From Leptolyngbyaceae cyanobacterium (GTDB lineage: Bacteria > Cyanobacteriota > Cyanobacteriia > Phormidesmidales > Phormidesmidaceae), in the NCBI GenBank assembly GCA_050331235.1, contig JBHJHA010000008.1, positions 20,581-84,580 of the forward strand: DNA of 64,000 nt. The letters run 5' to 3'. Shown one piece after another: positions 61,682 through 64,000 of this stretch; position 1 is the stretch's first letter, and every line of letters begins with the position of its first letter. The notes below the pieces were generated by a model. The model saw only the letters and a program-made list of their open reading frames with translations. It searched no databases and was not told where the DNA came from. The position numbers and the translations under genes are program-made.

Positions 61682-64000
61682 ATGGCAAACATTGGAGAAA
61701 CGACGGCGCTAATTCCTCAGGCGGGTAGCTCCTACGCGCCTGAACATTTGCAGGATGGCGGCAGCGGCGATACCGACTTTCCCTATGGGAATTTCAAAGC
61801 CTTGGCCACTGTCGGCGAGATTGACCCGAATAACGGCCACGTCCTCACCGGCTATCCCGATGGTCAAGCGGCTTGGTTGCAAGACGAAGACACCATCCGC
61901 GTGGCTTATCAGTCAGAGTCATACGCGACTCTGACCAGCTCCGAGGCTGAGACCTATGGCTGGGTGATGGATAGCGGTGTGAGCTTCACGGGATCACACG
62001 TTCATACAATTGATTACGATCGCGCTGCCTTTGCAGACTTCCTCAACAATGATGCAGCTGCCAGCGAAATGTTTGAGAGCGCTGGTCATCTGTTCGGCAC
62101 AGTCTATAACGTATTTGGTGAGGAAGTTGACGGTAAGAACTTCGACCCGACCGACCTCAGCGCTAAATGGGGCAACCAAACCCTGGCAGACGGTACTGTC
62201 GTTGAGTTTGACTCCGACCAGCAGCTCACTTTAGGCGAATGGTTCTTCCATTCTTTTTGCGGTGCCTACTACGAGCAAGCCAATAAGTATGGCGACGGCA
62301 TCGGCTTCGAAGATGACATGTGGCTAATGGCCGAAGAGTGGAACATCGGACAATTGTTCGAAGAAGCGGCTGCGGCTGCAGGCATCACTGAAGAGAACGC
62401 CCGCCTCTCCCCCGGAAGAGATTTCTTCACCACCACCATGGGACTCGCTTCCATGGCTGTGGACATCGAAAACGAGACGGCTTATACCGTCCCTGTTTTG
62501 GGCCAGTCTGGCTACGAGAAGATTTTGCCGATGAACTCTGGTCACGAAGACTATGTAGTTCTCGTCATGGCCGGTTACAACCTTGAAGTTGAGCCAGCAC
62601 CATTGACGATTTACATCGGTAAGAAAGGGGTTGACGCAAACGGCGATGCCTTGACTGAAGATGCAAACGAGCGGGATTCATTCTTGGGTCGTAACGGTCT
62701 GCTATACGGTCAGCTTTACGGCATGGCACTGGATGACGCTACCTATGCGGATCTGGGCATTGAGGCCGTAGATGCTGACGAGTTCATGATGGATGCCTAC
62801 GCAGTTGATGCGGATGCACCTAACAGCTTTAGCGCTCGATATGTTCCCACTAGCTTCCGTTGGGATGGCTTCGATACGCCTGAGGCTGCTGCAGACACCG
62901 AGATGTTCCTGTGGGAGCAAGATGGCGACACGCTAGCAGATGGCACCGTTGAGGCAAATGAGCAGCCCGACGGCTACACCTACTTCAACGGTGACAGCAA
63001 GACTGAGCACCCTGCAGTTGATCCTGACATCACTAAGCATCGTTACGTCCAAAACTTGACTGTACCTAGTGCGCAGTTAGGCATCGAGTTCACCGATATC
63101 GTTAACGAATTGGGGAACAATGACGCTGACGGCAACGGGTTGCCTGACTACCTGTCTGCGGATGTAACTCGCATCCTTGCTGGTGTCGACGGTGCACTTA
63201 CGCTAGAGACTGGTGGTAAGGGTAAAGGCCACATTGGTCCTAACAATCCCGATGGTACCTTGACCCATGCGACTCACCTAGAGATCGAAGAAGCTCGGAT
63301 GCACCAGCCCGATGGTCTCCAGTGGATCAAATCGTCTGATGGTGACTACCTCATCGTCGACGAAGACTCTGGCAACGACTACGGTGAGCGGAAGTACATT
63401 CTGCCTATTGATTCTGAGACTTTGCAGCTCGAAGAGGAAGGCACTGGCTATTTCTTGGCTTCTGCTGGCGGTTCCCTCAACCCCCGGGCGATCGCAGAAG
63501 TTGCCGCAATTCCCGAAACCTTTACTCGAGGAACTAGCTCTGAGTTCTCTGGAACTTGGAACGTGACTCACCTGGTAGCACAGAAGGAAGACGGCAGTTT
63601 CTACACCCAGGAAGAAATTGCTGGAACTGGCGCTCAGGAAATCATTGAGCAGTACACATTGGCCGAGCAGACTCTACTCGGTGTTTTACAGCACCGGGGT
63701 GAGTCTAGCGGCATCATTGCCGAGCGCAGTGGTGACCAGGGTGGTCAAATCTTCTTGTTCAACGTTGATCTCGGCGAAGACTCCACCGGTGGTGGTGAAG
63801 ATCCTTTAGCTGAGCTAGTTGACTTGACTGGCTTTGATGGTGATGTCTCTGTCAACATTACCCTTGAGCGTGAAGCGGCGTTTGATAATGTGGTGCGCTT
63901 CTACGAAACCGACGCTGACGGTAGCGTGGATGGCCTCCTGGTGGGCGATGCCGGTTACGAAGATGCGGTGCGTGAAAACCTGCTCGACGCTAAGCTGGCG
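61682..64000 (+). CDS. Large acidic atypical/PhoX-like alkaline phosphatase candidate with DUF4114-like domain; runs off the window (not in ORF track)
   Basis: MANIGETTAL...KALATVGE...GYPDGQAAWL...YQSESY...DEDSGNDYGER...SEFSG...LVDLT...REAAFDNVVRFY; the first and last codons are in the same frame (773 codons) and the track reports no stop; AGGA upstream. Confidence 0.7.
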   Translation, partial: MANIGETTALIPQAGSSYAPEHLQDGGSGDTDFPYGNFKALATVGEIDPNNGHVLTGYPDGQAAWLQDEDTIRVAYQSESYATLTSSEAETYGWVMDSGVSFTGSHVHTIDYDRAAFADFLNNDAAASEMFESAGHLFGTVYNVFGEEVDGKNFDPTDLSAKWGNQTLADGTVVEFDSDQQLTLGEWFFHSFCGAYYEQANKYGDGIGFEDDMWLMAEEWNIGQLFEEAAAAAGITEENARLSPGRDFFTTTMGLASMAVDIENETAYTVPVLGQSGYEKILPMNSGHEDYVVLVMAGYNLEVEPAPLTIYIGKKGVDANGDALTEDANERDSFLGRNGLLYGQLYGMALDDATYADLGIEAVDADEFMMDAYAVDADAPNSFSARYVPTSFRWDGFDTPEAAADTEMFLWEQDGDTLADGTVEANEQPDGYTYFNGDSKTEHPAVDPDITKHRYVQNLTVPSAQLGIEFTDIVNELGNNDADGNGLPDYLSADVTRILAGVDGALTLETGGKGKGHIGPNNPDGTLTHATHLEIEEARMHQPDGLQWIKSSDGDYLIVDEDSGNDYGERKYILPIDSETLQLEEEGTGYFLASAGGSLNPRAIAEVAAIPETFTRGTSSEFSGTWNVTHLVAQKEDGSFYTQEEIAGTGAQEIIEQYTLAEQTLLGVLQHRGESSGIIAERSGDQGGQIFLFNVDLGEDSTGGGEDPLAELVDLTGFDGDVSVNITLEREAAFDNVVRFYETDADGSVDGLLVGDAGYEDAVRENLLDAKLA

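Noticed and set aside
1..64000. CRISPR arrays, rRNA, transposases, prophage genes
   Set aside because: No regularly spaced repeats or recognisable signature genes were seen

Overview
Chromosomal window from a cyanobacterium, probably a filamentous Leptolyngbya/Nodosilinea/Halomicronema-like organism (inference). The assignment rests on psaE, ndhO, acsF, a Psb35-like gene, PEP-CTERM proteins and frequent HIP1 octamers (GCGATCGC). Most of the window is housekeeping or conserved cyanobacterial genes: mutM, rpsU, lnt, thrB, clpS, dapL, comEC, tRNA-Ser(CGA), pcrA, and a probable 6S RNA. Accessory parts: (i) a ~11 kb general-stress-type cluster at 1-12 kb (baeRF-like protein, unannotated acidic lipoprotein, DUF421, YihY, two MscS, CsbD, GAF + DUF3891, DAG kinase), with an identical 17-bp palindromic site in two of its intergenic regions; (ii) an AT-rich HEPN-motif pseudogene with two lesions, lying between two Uma2 genes after pcrA; (iii) a His-less GAF pseudo-kinase with an in-frame stop near its 5' end; (iv) a large ORF absent from the ORF track (61682 to window end) resembling atypical/PhoX-like phosphatases plus DUF4114, preceded by Pho-box-like repeats. 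I saw no CRISPR array, rRNA, integrase or transposase. I cannot show a complete new system from sequence alone. The best candidates are the stress cluster with its shared palindrome, the phosphatase locus and the HEPN/Uma2 insert. All family assignments come from motif recognition, not database searches.
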